A DNA stretch of 64,000 nucleotides from an uncultured Gemmatimonadales bacterium (GCA_963825055.1 CAWGSK010000007.1:96001-160000), one strand, 5' to 3'. Shown: positions 27,005 through 37,781, numbered from the stretch's first letter. Numbers and translations: made by a program. The notes: generated from the sequence alone by a model not told the origin.

Positions 27005-29284
27005 TCAGGCCCGCAGGATCTGATCGGCGGCGTGCCGCAGACTCCGCATGTTGAGGGGCTTGGGAAGGATGGTGACGGGGGTGGAGCCCGGGTCGGGGGC
27101 ATCGCCGACCAGCAGGAGTCGGCCGGCCTGCGCGGGCAGGCGCCGGGCGAGCAGGGCGTGGAAGGGGACCCCATCTCCCCCGCAGGCCGCGGTGTCGGCG
27201 ATAATGAGGTCGTGCGGATGCTCCTGAAGGTATTCCAGGGCCGATTGTGTGTCGCTCATGCCTTCCACGCGATGGCCCTGTGCCTCGAAGAGGTCGGTCA
27301 CGGCGTCCCGGATCGCGGCGTCGGTATCGAGCACCAGGATTCTTCGGGGGGAGCCGTTGCTCCTTCGGGCGCGGGGAGCCGTGTCCGGTGGCAGGGCGGG
27401 GAGGGTGATGGTGAACGAGGCGCCGCCCATCGGGGAGGGACTGAATGACAGGTGGCCGCCGTTTGCCTCGATGATCCCGTAGCTGATGGAGAGCCCGAGC
27501 CCCGTGCCCTGGCCGGGCTCCTTGGTGGTGAAGAACGGCGTGAAGAGCTTGGCCTGGAGTTCGGCGGGCACGCCGGGGCCGTTGTCCTCCACCCGCAGCC
27601 GGGCACGGTCGCCCTCGAGGGCGGCGGTCAGGCGGATCCGCCCCGACCCGGCCCGCCGTTCGTTGAGCGCATGGGCGGCGTTCGTGACGAGGTTCAGCAG
27701 GACCTGCTGCAGTTCGTAGGGGTCAGCCAGGGTGAGGGTCTCCGCGGGGCTCAGTTCGCGCTCGAGCGTGATCTGCCGCATGTGCATGTCGTTCTGGCAC
27801 AACTCGCAGGTGCGGATGAGCAGCTCGTTGAGGTCGATCCGGGTTTTCTCGGTGCTGCCCTGGCGAGCGAACGTGAGGAGGTTCCGCACGATCCGGCCGG
27901 CGCGGGACGCCTGGTGGTGGATGACGTCGAGGTGCTCATGGTTCGGGTCGCCCTCCGGGACCCGCTCAAGCAGGAATTCGGCAAGGCCGATGATCGAAGT
28001 GAGCGGATTATTCAATTCGTGGGCGACGCCCGAGACGAGCTGCCCAACCGTGGCCATCTTCTCGTTGTGGATGAGCTGGCTCTCGAGCTTGCGCTGTTCA
28101 GTGACGTCCTCGATCAGGAGGACCACCGAGCTCTCCCACGTGCTGTCGGGGATCGGGGCGGCGGTGAGGCGGAGCACGAGGCGAAGATCTTCGAGCCGGG
28201 TGAGCACCGGCGCGGTGCGTTCCCCGCTGCGCGCGCTGCGGAGCAGGTCCCGGGCAGCCTCGGTGGCACCAATGGCCGTCTCGGTGAAGAGGTGGTCGAT
28301 GAGGGAGCGTGTCTCCACCCGGAGCAGGCGGCCGAGGGCGTGGTTGGCCCGGCTGACCCGGCCCTCCGCGTTCACCACCACGATTCCCTCGTTCAGCGCG
28401 TCAAACGTCGTTTCCCACTCCTCCTTTGCCCGGTGCACGAGCGCGAAGAAGCGACTGTTGGCCAGGACCACCGCCGCCTGGGTCGCCACGGTGGAGAGCA
28501 GCTGGAGGTCATGGAGGGTGAATGTGCCGGTCTTCCGGTCGGTCACCGCGAGGATGCCCATGGTCTCGCCGTGGGCGCGCAGGGGGATCGCGGCCGCGGA
28601 GCGGATGGGCACTCCGGGCAGCAGCTCCACCCCGTGGCCCGTGTCCGTGGCGGACTCGATCCGGCCCCGGCGGATGGCGTCTTCCATGAGGCGGGATTCG
28701 CCGATGTCCATCGTGCGCCCGCGCAATGTCTCGAGGGGCCCCTCCGCGGACACGATCCGCAGGTCGCCGGTGTCCTCCTGGAGCAGGGCGACCAGGGCGC
28801 CTTCCGCCTGGAGGAAGCGCTGGGCGTATCGCACGACCTGGTCCAGGATGCGATCGGGCTGGAGCGATTCGGAAAGCACGTAACTGAGTTCCTGCATGGT
28901 GAACAGCTCGTGAATGCGCCGGTCGAGCTGTCGGGCAACCTCCTCGCGTTCGCGAATCAGGCCGGCCATCCCGCGCCGGGCGTCGCCGAGCAGGATTCCC
29001 ATGCCGGTGAGCAGGGTGATGGCCGCGACCGCCACCAGCGGGGCCATGACCGGCTCGCCGAACCAGGCCAGCAGCGCCAGTGCCGCTACACCGGAACGCA
29101 TCGCCAGCTCTGCCCCCGCAGCGCGAGTGACAAGGAGCGCCACGGTCATGAGGCCGTAGAGAAAGAGGACGCCACACGCCCAGAGGGGCAGGCCCCCCGT
29201 GAGGTAGCCCAGCACCCCGGCGGTCAAAAAGGCCAGCGGGCCCAGCAGCGTGAGAAGGGTCGTAGTGCGCCTCGCGTAGCTCAG
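27005..29284 (-). CDS. Membrane hybrid histidine kinase (TM-GAF-PAS-HisKA-HATPase-REC); start CTG 29284 or TTG 29227
   Basis: GVAHELNNPL, LLNLVTNA, DNGPG, FFTTK..G.GTGLGL; degenerate REC. Confidence 0.88.
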   Translation of the reverse strand: MSYARRTTTLLTLLGPLAFLTAGVLGYLTGGLPLWACGVLFLYGLMTVALLVTRAAGAELAMRSGVAALALLAWFGEPVMAPLVAVAAITLLTGMGILLGDARRGMAGLIREREEVARQLDRRIHELFTMQELSYVLSESLQPDRILDQVVRYAQRFLQAEGALVALLQEDTGDLRIVSAEGPLETLRGRTMDIGESRLMEDAIRRGRIESATDTGHGVELLPGVPIRSAAAIPLRAHGETMGILAVTDRKTGTFTLHDLQLLSTVATQAAVVLANSRFFALVHRAKEEWETTFDALNEGIVVVNAEGRVSRANHALGRLLRVETRSLIDHLFTETAIGATEAARDLLRSARSGERTAPVLTRLEDLRLVLRLTAAPIPDSTWESSVVLLIEDVTEQRKLESQLIHNEKMATVGQLVSGVAHELNNPLTSIIGLAEFLLERVPEGDPNHEHLDVIHHQASRAGRIVRNLLTFARQGSTEKTRIDLNELLIRTCELCQNDMHMRQITLERELSPAETLTLADPYELQQVLLNLVTNAAHALNERRAGSGRIRLTAALEGDRARLRVEDNGPGVPAELQAKLFTPFFTTKEPGQGTGLGLSISYGIIEANGGHLSFSPSPMGGASFTITLPALPPDTAPRARRSNGSPRRILVLDTDAAIRDAVTDLFEAQGHRVEGMSDTQSALEYLQEHPHDLIIADTAACGGDGVPFHALLARRLPAQAGRLLLVGDAPDPGSTPVTILPKPLNMRSLRHAADQILRA

Positions 29285-30129
29285 GGCATGTCCTCCTCGC
29301 CTCGACGGCCGACGCGCTCCGTGACGAACGCCTCCGGGGGCGCGTTGGGCTTCACCCGAACGGACTTGGCCGGAATACCGACGTTCACATGGTAGGGCCG
29401 GACATCCTTGGTGGCGACGGCGACGGCGCCCACCATCCCGTTGGTCCGGACGCGCACGCCGGCCAGGACCGTGGCGTGGTAGGTGATCCGGACGTCGTCC
29501 TCGAGCACCGTGAGCGCGTTGGTAACGTCTTTCTGGTCCACGATGGAGTGCGTATGGCTGTAGATATTGGCGTAGTCGGCAATGCTCACACGGTCGCCGA
29601 GACGGATCCCGCCGCGGTCGTCGAGGAGCACATGCCGGTGGATGACGACGTCATCCCCTGCTTCGAGGTTGTAGCCGAAGGAGAACTCGACGAACTGGAA
29701 GCACTTGAGGTTGCGACCGCAGCGCCGGAAGATGTGCGGTGCCAGCAGGCGCCGGAACTGGACACCGAGGTGCACATGCTGCCCGCCCAGGGGTGAGCGG
29801 TCGAAGCTCTGCCAGAGCCAGAGCAGGGGCTTCACGCGCGCGAACCGCTCCTGGTCCACGTCCGAGTAATACTCAGGCTCCAGGGTGATGTTGCGCGGAT
29901 CGAGCGCGAGGAGGGAGGCCCGGCTGGCCAGCGGCAGGCTCTCATCGGCAACCATCGCCTCCCAGTCGGTGTGCCCCGGGTGGTAGATCGCGAAGAGGAT
30001 GTCGCGAGTCAGGCGGTTCCAGTCGGCATCCGTCGCAGTGAGGCGCTCCTCGACGCGTTCCAGCCAGTCCTGGTACACACGGTCGGTTCCGGCGGGAACA
30101 TCGACGGAACGCAGCGGAAGCAGGGCCAA
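29281..30129 (-). CDS. Hexapeptide-repeat (LbH) acyltransferase
   Basis: DDRGGIRLGDRVSI, YSHTH, GAVAVATKDV..GIPAK; TTG start with AAGGA SD. Confidence 0.8.
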   Translation of the reverse strand: MALLPLRSVDVPAGTDRVYQDWLERVEERLTATDADWNRLTRDILFAIYHPGHTDWEAMVADESLPLASRASLLALDPRNITLEPEYYSDVDQERFARVKPLLWLWQSFDRSPLGGQHVHLGVQFRRLLAPHIFRRCGRNLKCFQFVEFSFGYNLEAGDDVVIHRHVLLDDRGGIRLGDRVSIADYANIYSHTHSIVDQKDVTNALTVLEDDVRITYHATVLAGVRVRTNGMVGAVAVATKDVRPYHVNVGIPAKSVRVKPNAPPEAFVTERVGRRGEEDMP

Positions 30130-30202
30130 TGGTGGTTCCTTGGTCGGCGGAATCCAATGTGACCGAATCCATTGCGGACGGCAACGCTCACACTCTATCA
30201 CA

Positions 30203-30234
30203 TGAGAAGAATTCTCAACTGGTAATAAATATCA
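30203..30234 (+). promoter_or_regulatory. Tandem Fur-box-like operators
   Basis: TGAGAAGAATTCTCA (30203-17) and TGGTAATAAATATCA (30220-34), resembling the 7-1-7 TGATAATNATTATCA consensus; AT-rich island in a GC-rich genome. Confidence 0.65.
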
Positions 30235-30248
30235 TCTAAGGACCCGTG

Positions 30249-31385
30249 ATGCGCCGCAGGCCAGCTCCCGTCAGTTTCGTCCCCGCTTCCGTCATCCTGC
30301 TCCTTCTGCCCGTTGTCGCCCAGGCCCAGCAGTCCACCACGATCGGTGGTTACGGCGAGGTGCACTACCTCAATGCCACGGGGCCAGGCACCCCCGGCGA
30401 GGTAAACGTCAAACGGATGGTGCTCTATCTCGCGCACAGCTTCTCCGACCGGATCGCGTTCCGCTCCGAACTGGAGATCGAAGACGCCCGGATCGAGGGC
30501 GGGGGGGCAGGGGGCGAGGTGGCGCTGGAGCAGGCCTACCTGGACTACAGGTTCGACGACGCATTCACGCTTCGAACCGGACTCATCCTTGTACCGGTCG
30601 GGATCATTAACGAGACGCACGAGCCGCCCTCGTTCAATGGCGTCCAGCGTCCCGCGTTCGACCACGACCTCCTGCCCACCACCTGGCGCGAGATCGGCGT
30701 CGGGCGCCGTCGGTCGACTGGGGCAGGGTGGGGTGAATTATAAGGTCTACCTGATGAATGGGCTCATCGCCGAGTCTTTCTCCGCCTCGGAGGGCATCCG
30801 GGGAGGCCGCCAGGAAGGCCAGGAGGCCACGTTTGCGAATCCGTCGATCACGGGACGGCTAGAGTGGGTACGACCCGGCCTTCGAGTCGGCGGCTCGTTC
30901 TGGTACGGGGGCTCCGCCGCGCAGGACCCGGCCCTCGGCGACGGGACCTTTGACGTGCCGGTCACCGTGCTCTCTACCGACGTGCGCTTCGATCGGGGAC
31001 CCTTCGCCGGGCGGGCCGTGCTCGCACGGATCAGCATCGGCGACGTGGACCGGGTCAATGCGACCTTCGGCAACGACGTGGGCCGCCGCATGCTGGGCGG
31101 CTATCGTCGAGGGAAGCTACAACGTGCTGGCGCAGCCTCGTCCCGGCCTCGGAGCAGCGGCTCGATGTCGTTCGTACGCCATGAGCGCTTCGACACCCAG
31201 CAGGACGTTCCGGCCGGCGACCATCGGCGGACGGCGGTCAACGACCGCCGCATGACCACCACCGGCCTGACCTGGCGCCCGCTCTATAACGTGGCCCTCA
31301 AGGCCGACTACCAGTGGCGGCGTAATGCGGCCGGGCACCGGCGGAGGACGAGGTCCTCGGCCTCGGCATGGGCTTCAGTTTCTGA
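30249..31385 (+). CDS. Outer-membrane porin (OprO/P-like), split by several frameshifts
   Basis: Signal peptide, IGGYGE.HY, ELEIE, EQAYLDY, PVGIINETHEP, PTTWRE.G; ends ...LGMGFSF* (C-terminal Phe). Confidence 0.75.
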
Positions 31386-31888
31386 TGCGGCTAGCGCCGG
31401 TTTGGCACTGCTGCTGGCATCCTGATCTACGACCGGCGCGGCGTCGGCGCAGGAGGTACCGGCGGCTCGCCTCGAGGCCTCGGTGCAGCGCATGTTTGGC
31501 AACGGGGGCACGAACGGACACGGCGCTGGTGCACGCGACGCCCGTGCTCCGGATCTCGAGAGCCGAGATTCCCTCGCGGGGTTCGCCCTGGTGCGCGACG
31601 TGAAAGGCAAGGATCTGCCCGATCACCTTCCTCGTCGCGGTGGAAACCGCCGGGCAAGGTCCGTGAGTGTGGACGTGCTGATGACGGGGCGCGGTACGGA
31701 GGCGAGGTGGCGTACGAGCACTGGCGCCGGCAGTTCAGCGGTGCGCGACCGCGGCGGATCCGCTCCGCGTGGGCCGGGAAATGCGCGGAATCTCCGGCGC
31801 CACGATCAGCGTGCACGCCGTGACCCTCGGTGTGCGCGCTGCGCTGGACAGCCTGGCGCAGTGGCGAGCGGACGGGGCGTTGCGATGA
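31385..31888 (+). CDS. FMN-binding (flavinylation substrate) protein, frameshifted
   Basis: GFALVRDVKGKDLP(I)TFLVAV; final frame reads ISGATISVHAVTLGVRAAL with SGAT at 31793-31804; TGATG/ATGA couplings at both ends. Confidence 0.7.
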
Positions 31889-32388
31889 ACGACCTCTGGC
31901 GGCTGACCTGGTATCACCTGCCCCGTACGGTTCGGACGCTCGCGCGCTGGCTCACCCTGGTGCAGGTGCTCGGCTACACGGCCGCGCTCGCATTCGTCTA
32001 CTACACGACCCGCATGGTGCCCGGCCTGGCGGAGCAGCGCTACCGGGGTGTCGACCCCGAGACCGTGACGGGCGCCATGCAGTTTCCCAAGCCCCTGGCC
32101 GAAATGCTGACCAGCACGCATACGCACGTGCTGTCCATGGCGGCCATCTTCGCCTTCAGCGGTCTTGGGCTGGCGCTCTGCCCGACGCCGTCGGAACGGT
32201 GGCGTCGGGTACTCATCGTGGAGCCTTTCGTGGCCATCATCGTAAGCTTCGTGGCGATCTGGCTCATGCGATACGTCGAACCGCGGGCCAGCCTCCTGCT
32301 CTTTGCCTCGAGCGGTCTCATGGCCGTGACCTTCTACGCGCAGTCCGCCATCGTGCTCGTTCACCTGCACCGGGCCGACCGGGCATGA
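31885..32388 (+). CDS. 4-TM membrane protein with THTH motif
   Basis: MNDLWRL start coupled to upstream stop; four hydrophobic helices; LTSTHTHVLSM. Confidence 0.75.
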   Translation: MNDLWRLTWYHLPRTVRTLARWLTLVQVLGYTAALAFVYYTTRMVPGLAEQRYRGVDPETVTGAMQFPKPLAEMLTSTHTHVLSMAAIFAFSGLGLALCPTPSERWRRVLIVEPFVAIIVSFVAIWLMRYVEPRASLLLFASSGLMAVTFYAQSAIVLVHLHRADRA

Positions 32389-33331
32389 TGCACCGTCGCG
32401 GATTCGTGTCATGTCTCGGGGCTGGTATTGCCGGTGCAACCCTCGGCCGCTGGCCGGGCGGCCCCCGGCCGCGCGGGCCGGCCGCCGGCGGGATGGTGCC
32501 GGTCGAACGGTGGAGCTGGGCCATGGGCCAGCCTGTACGCATCGTCTGCTACGCGGCCTCCGAAGCGGCGGGGCTGGACGTGGCGCAGGTGGTCTTCAAC
32601 GAATTGCGCGAGGTGGAGGCCCGGCTCACCCGGTTTGACGTATCAGGCGACCTGGCCGAACTGCACCACCACGCTGGAGGAAAGTTCATCCGGCCGCATC
32701 CGGGGCTCAGCGAGGCGCTCGGGCTCGCCGAGGCGTTTCGTGCCAGAACAGCCGGTGACTTCGACGCTGCCATCGCACCGCTGCTGGCGGCGTGGGGATT
32801 CTATGCTCCGCGCGGCACACCGCCGCGGGCGGCCGAGCTGGGTGAGGCGTGTGACGCGGTCCGCGCCGCCCGCATCGAATGGCGGGGGCCCCGGGTGCGG
32901 CTGGCAACGGTGGAGGCCCGGCTCGATTTCGGCGGCCTGGGCGTGGGGATCGGACTGGATCGTGGCGCGGCACTGCTGGAGTCGCGTGGCATCCATCGCG
33001 CCATGCTCGACATGAGCGGGGACCTCCGGCTCTCGGCGCGCTACCGGGGGCGCGGGTATGGCGTGACGTGGTGGACTCCCGGCCCGGCCGGTTCGTCCGT
33101 ACGTTGCGGGTCAGGGATGCGGCCGTGGCCACATCAGCGAACACGGTGGAGGTGGTGCGATACGGGCGGGAAATCCGAGGCCACATCATGGCGGCGGGGG
33201 GAGCGCCGGCCACACTTGCCCAGGTCACCGTCGTTGCCGACTCCGCGACCGAGGCCGATGCGCTCTCCACCGCGATGCTGGTGCGCGGACGGGCGTGGCC
33301 CGGCGTCCGGCGGAGTGTGCGGCCGGGCTAG
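32385..33331 (+). CDS. apbE: FAD:protein FMN transferase with Tat-like leader; frameshift about 33029
   Basis: MMHRRGFV; AMG, FDAAI.PL..AWGF, LDFGG, SGDL, AVATS, GHI, ADALSTA. Confidence 0.8.
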
Positions 33332-33957
33332 GGGCGGGGAGCGGTGTCCCTGGCGGCGGCCTGGGCCCGCCCCTGCACTCGCGTGCGCTCCCGCTGGAGC
33401 TGGCTGATGCGCCCGAGCCATGCGTCCGAAATCCGGCCGGCGTAGGTCACCTGGAATCCCTCGAATACCGGTATCGGCTCCTCGAAGAGGAACAGGGCGA
33501 TCGCCCGCTCGCGGACACCCAGCTGGTAGGAATCGAAGCCTGTGGTGAAAGGGACGATCCCGAACGGCCGGTAGAGCTGGCTGCGGATATAGAGGTTGAC
33601 CTGCTGTGGATCGTACCTGGCCCCGGGGTTCTGCCCGAAGAATGACACCATCAGGATGCCGGGAGAACTCACGCCGCTGCGGGCGGCGGCCGAGTCGATC
33701 TGGCTCCGCCGGCTCTCGACCAGCTGGTGCAGGGAGGTGTACCCGTCGGGAGCGAGCAGGCGGAGCAGCTCTTCCTCCAGCGGGATGAAACGGATCTCGA
33801 GATCGTCCGTTCGCATGGTGATCGCGATCTGGTCCTGGTTCAGCGTACCGTAGCCGGCCGGCGGCATCGTCTCGCCGTTGCCCGGGGCCTGACCCCGCGC
33901 GCCGGGCGCGCAGGCGACGAGCGCCAGGAGCCCCAGCCATCCAGTCCGGAATGTCAT
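33328..33957 (-). CDS. Hypothetical exported protein
   Basis: Signal/lipobox LVAC; GYGTL.QD.I; coding-like composition. Confidence 0.65.
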   Translation of the reverse strand: MTFRTGWLGLLALVACAPGARGQAPGNGETMPPAGYGTLNQDQIAITMRTDDLEIRFIPLEEELLRLLAPDGYTSLHQLVESRRSQIDSAAARSGVSSPGILMVSFFGQNPGARYDPQQVNLYIRSQLYRPFGIVPFTTGFDSYQLGVRERAIALFLFEEPIPVFEGFQVTYAGRISDAWLGRISQLQRERTRVQGRAQAAARDTAPRP

Positions 33958-33986
33958 GCGAATCTCCCTGTGAAGGGCCGCCGGAC

Positions 33987-34610
33987 TCAGGCGGCTTCGA
34001 GCAGGCCCAGGATACTGTCCCCGAGCTCGGGAATGCCGAGGCCGGTCGTACTGCTGGTGAGCTGGACCTGGTCGTCCGCGAGGGCGAGGGCCCGCACCAG
34101 CTCCTGGCGGCGTGAGGCACGGGCCCCATGCGGCAGCTTGTCCGCCTTCGTAATGGCCACGAGGACCGGCACGCCGCCGTCGGCCAGCAGCGCCAGCATG
34201 TCCCAGTCCTCCGGGGACGGCTCCCGCCGGATGTCCAGCAGCCAGACAATGCCCGCCAGGCTCGGGCGCCCCGAAATATACTTCCGGATGAGCGTGGACA
34301 GCCCGGCCCGCTCCACCTTGCCCGCCCGGGCATAGCCGTACCCCGGCAGGTCGACCAGGTACCAGTCGGGCAGCCGGAAAACGGTCATGTGGCGGGTCTT
34401 GCCGGGCGTACCGCTCACGTGCGCGAGCTTGCGACGGCCGACCAGCGCATTGAGAAGGCTGCTCTTGCCGACGTTGCTGCGCCCGATGAAGGCGATTTCA
34501 GGCAGGGTTGGGTCGAGCGGAGTGCGGGGGTCTGGCCAGCTGCCGACGAAAGTGACGTCGAAGGCCGCGAGCGGCGAGGCCCGCCGGCCCGGGGCGGGGG
34601 GCGGGGTCAG
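33987..34610 (-). CDS. engB: Ribosome biogenesis GTPase EngB/YsxC (probable CTG start)
   Basis: [18 protein letters not shown] (G1, upstream of ORF-track start), PGKTR, DLPGYG, TKADK; follows clpX. Confidence 0.9.
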   Translation of the reverse strand: MTPPPAPGRRASPLAAFDVTFVGSWPDPRTPLDPTLPEIAFIGRSNVGKSSLLNALVGRRKLAHVSGTPGKTRHMTVFRLPDWYLVDLPGYGYARAGKVERAGLSTLIRKYISGRPSLAGIVWLLDIRREPSPEDWDMLALLADGGVPVLVAITKADKLPHGARASRRQELVRALALADDQVQLTSSTTGLGIPELGDSILGLLEAA

Positions 34611-35850
34611 GCTTCCCGCTTGGTCCGGGCCCGCTCCGTCACGACGAGGGGCGGCTTGCCGTCGGTGATCGCTTCGGCGGTGATCACGACCTCACGGACA
34701 TCGTCCCGGGTGGGCAGGTCGAACATGATGTCGGTCATCACGGTCTCGAGGATGGCCCGGAGCCCGCGGGCGCCGGTGCCGCGCTTGATGGCGCGGTTGG
34801 CCACGGCACGCAGCGCCTCGCCATCGAAGGTGAGGCCGACGTCCTCCATCTCGAACAGCTTCTTGTACTGCTTGGTCAGCGCGTTGCGGGGCTCGAGGAG
34901 GATTTTCACCAGCGCGTCCTCGTCCAGGGCGTCGAGCGCCACCGCGACCGGCAGGCGTCCCACCAGTTCCGGGATCAGGCCGAACCGCAGCAGGTCGTCG
35001 GGCTCCACCGAGGCGAGGCTGTTGGTGGAGGCCGTGGCTCCCGGCGTCAGGCCGCGGCTCGCGAAGCCGATCTGCTGGCGGCCAAGGCGGGCCTCGATGA
35101 TCTTCTCCAGCCCGTCGAATGCACCGCCGCAGATGAACAGGATGTCCTTCGTGTCGATCTGGATGTATTCCTGCTGCGGGTGCTTCCGGCCGCCCTGGGG
35201 GGGACGGATGCCACGGTTCCCTCGAGGATCTTGAGCAGTGCCTGCTGTACACCCTCGCCCGAGACATCGCGGGTAATGCTCGGGTTCTCGGATTTCCGCG
35301 CGATCTTGTCGATTTCGTCGATGTAGACGATGCCGCGCTCGCACTCCGCGACGTTGAACTCCCCCGCCTGGAGCAGCCGGACGAGGATGTTCTCCACGTC
35401 CTCGCCCACGTACCCCGCCTCCGTCAGCGTGGTTGCGTCGGCAATGGTGAAGGGAACGTCGAGGATGCGGGCCAGGGTCTGCGCGAGGAGAGTCTTTCCC
35501 GTGCCGGTCGGGCCCAGCAGCAGGATGTTCGACTTGTCCAGTTCGACTTCACTCTCGCGGTTCCCACTGGCATTGATCCGCTTGTAATGATTGTAGACCG
35601 CCACTGACAGCGTCCGCTTGGCCCGCTCCTGCCCGATCACGTACTGGTCGAGGACGTCCTTGATCTCGGACGGGGTGGGGACCTGCGTAATCGCGTCGGT
35701 GACCTCCCGCTCTTCGTCCTCGGCCAGGATTTCGTTGCAGAGCGTGATGCACTCGTTGCAGATGTAGACCGAAGGCCCGGAAATGAATTTCCGGACCGAG
35801 TCCTTGGACTTGCCGCAGAAACTGCAGCGGAGATGTTTATCGGTCGACAT
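34607..35850 (-). CDS. clpX: ATP-dependent Clp protease ATPase; frameshift in G7 run 35197-35203
   Basis: CSFCGK zinc domain, [27 protein letters not shown], (VPP)QGGRKHP, IGF loop, GARGLR. Confidence 0.95.
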
Positions 35851-35913
35851 GGCGTGGCCAGTTCCTTCTCAGGCGGTCATCTTCCCGAATTCTGCGCTCC
35901 CGGACCGGGAGCG

Positions 35914-36531
35914 TCAACCCTTCTCGGGGACGAGGTCGCGCCGGGGGGTGAACACACTGTCAATCAGCCCGTATGCCTGGGCCTCGTCGGCGCTCATGTA
36001 GCGGTCCCGGTCCATGTCCCGTTCGATGGTCTCGATGGGCTGGCCCGTGTGCAGCGCGTAGAGGTCGTTGATCTTGGAGCGGAGGTACAGAATCTCCCGC
36101 GCCTGGATTTCGACGTCCGATGCCGTGCCCTGCGCGCCACCCGACGGCTGGTGGATCATGATGCGGGCATGGGGCAGCGCGCTCCGCTTGCCGCTCGTGC
36201 CCGCCGCCAGAAGGAACGACCCCATCGAGGCGGCCATTCCCATGCAGATGGTGTTCACCGGCGCGCGGAGATGCTGCATCGTGTCGTAGATCGCCATCCC
36301 GCTCGAAACCACGCCGCCCGGGCTGTTGATGTAGAGATAGATGTCCTTCTCGGGGTTGTCCGCCTCGAGGAACAGCAACTGGGCGATGATGATGTTCGCC
36401 ACGTCGTCGTTCACGGGGGAGCCGAGGAAGACGATCCGGTCCATCAGCAGGCGCGAGAAAATGTCGTACGTCCGCTCGCCACGGCTGGACCGCTCGATGA
36501 TATACGGGGGATAGAGCGCAGACTGCGTCAC
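35914..36531 (-). CDS. clpP: Clp protease proteolytic subunit
   Basis: [26 protein letters not shown]. Confidence 0.97.
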   Translation of the reverse strand: MTQSALYPPYIIERSSRGERTYDIFSRLLMDRIVFLGSPVNDDVANIIIAQLLFLEADNPEKDIYLYINSPGGVVSSGMAIYDTMQHLRAPVNTICMGMAASMGSFLLAAGTSGKRSALPHARIMIHQPSGGAQGTASDVEIQAREILYLRSKINDLYALHTGQPIETIERDMDRDRYMSADEAQAYGLIDSVFTPRRDLVPEKG

Positions 36532-37781
36532 GCTGACACCTCTTCAACGGTGGACTGTTCCGTCAGATAGCTGAATACCTTGTCTTCGGTTATCGCCCGC
36601 TCGAGCTCGGCGAGGCGATTGGACTTCTGCAGCGTCGCATAGACCTCGTTCACCGGGACCTTCCGCGCCTCCGCCAGGGCAGCCACCCGCTGGTCCACCT
36701 CGGCCTCCGTGGCGCGCAGGCCCTGCTGCTCGGCCACCGTCTCCAGGATCAGTTCCCGGCGCACCTGGGCTTCCGCCACCGGGCGGAACTCACCGGCAAA
36801 CTTCTCCTGTTGCCCGGGCGGAATTTCGTAGGCCTGGGCGTAACCCTGGATCACCCGCTCCACGAGCGAGGCCGGCGCGGGAACGTTGTTGGCCTCGGCG
36901 ACCTCCTGAACCAGCTGGTCACGCACCCGGGCGTCGGCCTCCCGCCCGGCATCACGCTCCAGGTCCTCGCGTACCGCCGCCCGGAGGGCCGCCAGGTCCT
37001 CGAAATCCCCGACCTCCCGCGCAAAACCATCGTCCAGGGCGGGCAGCTCCTGCCGCTTGATCTCCTGCAGCGTAACCTGGACCTTGCGGGTCTGGCCCCG
37101 GCGCGTCTCGTCCGGGTGGTCTTCCGGGAAACGTACCGAGGCGACGGACGTCTCGCCGGGCTGCATCGTGAGGATATGCTCCTCGAGGTCCGGCACGGTC
37201 TGTCCTTCGCCCAGCACCAGCGTATAGGGCCGCGTGTCGCCCGGCGCATCGTCCTCGAAGGTCGCGACCTCGACCCGGACCATCTGGCCCGGTACCGGCT
37301 TGCCCTCCGCCACGGGGAGCCAGCGACCCTTCTGTTCCTGCAGTGCCTGCAGGCGCTCCTCCACCTGGGGGTCCCCAACGACGGAAACCTGTCGTTTGAC
37401 CTGAAAGCCGCCAAGCCGCTCGAGCGTCACCTCGGGGCGGACTTCCACCACGAACTCGAACTCGATCGGGCCGCCCTCGTCGAACTTCACGTTGTGAACG
37501 TGGGGCTGGGCGATGGGCTTGAGGTTTTCGGAGGTCTGGACGGTTTCCCAGCTCTCGCGGATGACCTCCTCGAGTACGCTCTGGCGGATGGCGTCGGAGT
37601 AGCGGCGCCGGATCACGGTCTCCGGCGCCTTGCCGGGCCGGAAGCCGGGCAGGCGGGCCCGGCGCGCATAGAACCGGATGGCACGCCGCTCCGCCGCCTG
37701 CACCCGGTCGGCGGGAACGGTGACCTGCAGGGACGTCGAAGCGCTGTCCGCATCGCTACGGGCAATGGTGATGTCTGTCAT
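36528..37781 (-). CDS. tig: Trigger factor
   Basis: GFRPGKAP ribosome-binding loop, FKBP-like middle domain; tig-clpP-clpX order. Confidence 0.93.
   Translation of the reverse strand: MTDITIARSDADSASTSLQVTVPADRVQAAERRAIRFYARRARLPGFRPGKAPETVIRRRYSDAIRQSVLEEVIRESWETVQTSENLKPIAQPHVHNVKFDEGGPIEFEFVVEVRPEVTLERLGGFQVKRQVSVVGDPQVEERLQALQEQKGRWLPVAEGKPVPGQMVRVEVATFEDDAPGDTRPYTLVLGEGQTVPDLEEHILTMQPGETSVASVRFPEDHPDETRRGQTRKVQVTLQEIKRQELPALDDGFAREVGDFEDLAALRAAVREDLERDAGREADARVRDQLVQEVAEANNVPAPASLVERVIQGYAQAYEIPPGQQEKFAGEFRPVAEAQVRRELILETVAEQQGLRATEAEVDQRVAALAEARKVPVNEVYATLQKSNRLAELERAITEDKVFSYLTEQSTVEEVSA

Noticed and set aside
32385..33331. ApbE acting as NosX for the nos operon
   Set aside because: 27 kb away, has its own SGAT substrate, and no nosR is visible
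35197..35203. clpX phase variation or programmed frameshift at G7
   Set aside because: Eight G restore [10 protein letters not shown]; a homopolymer undercall is far more likely
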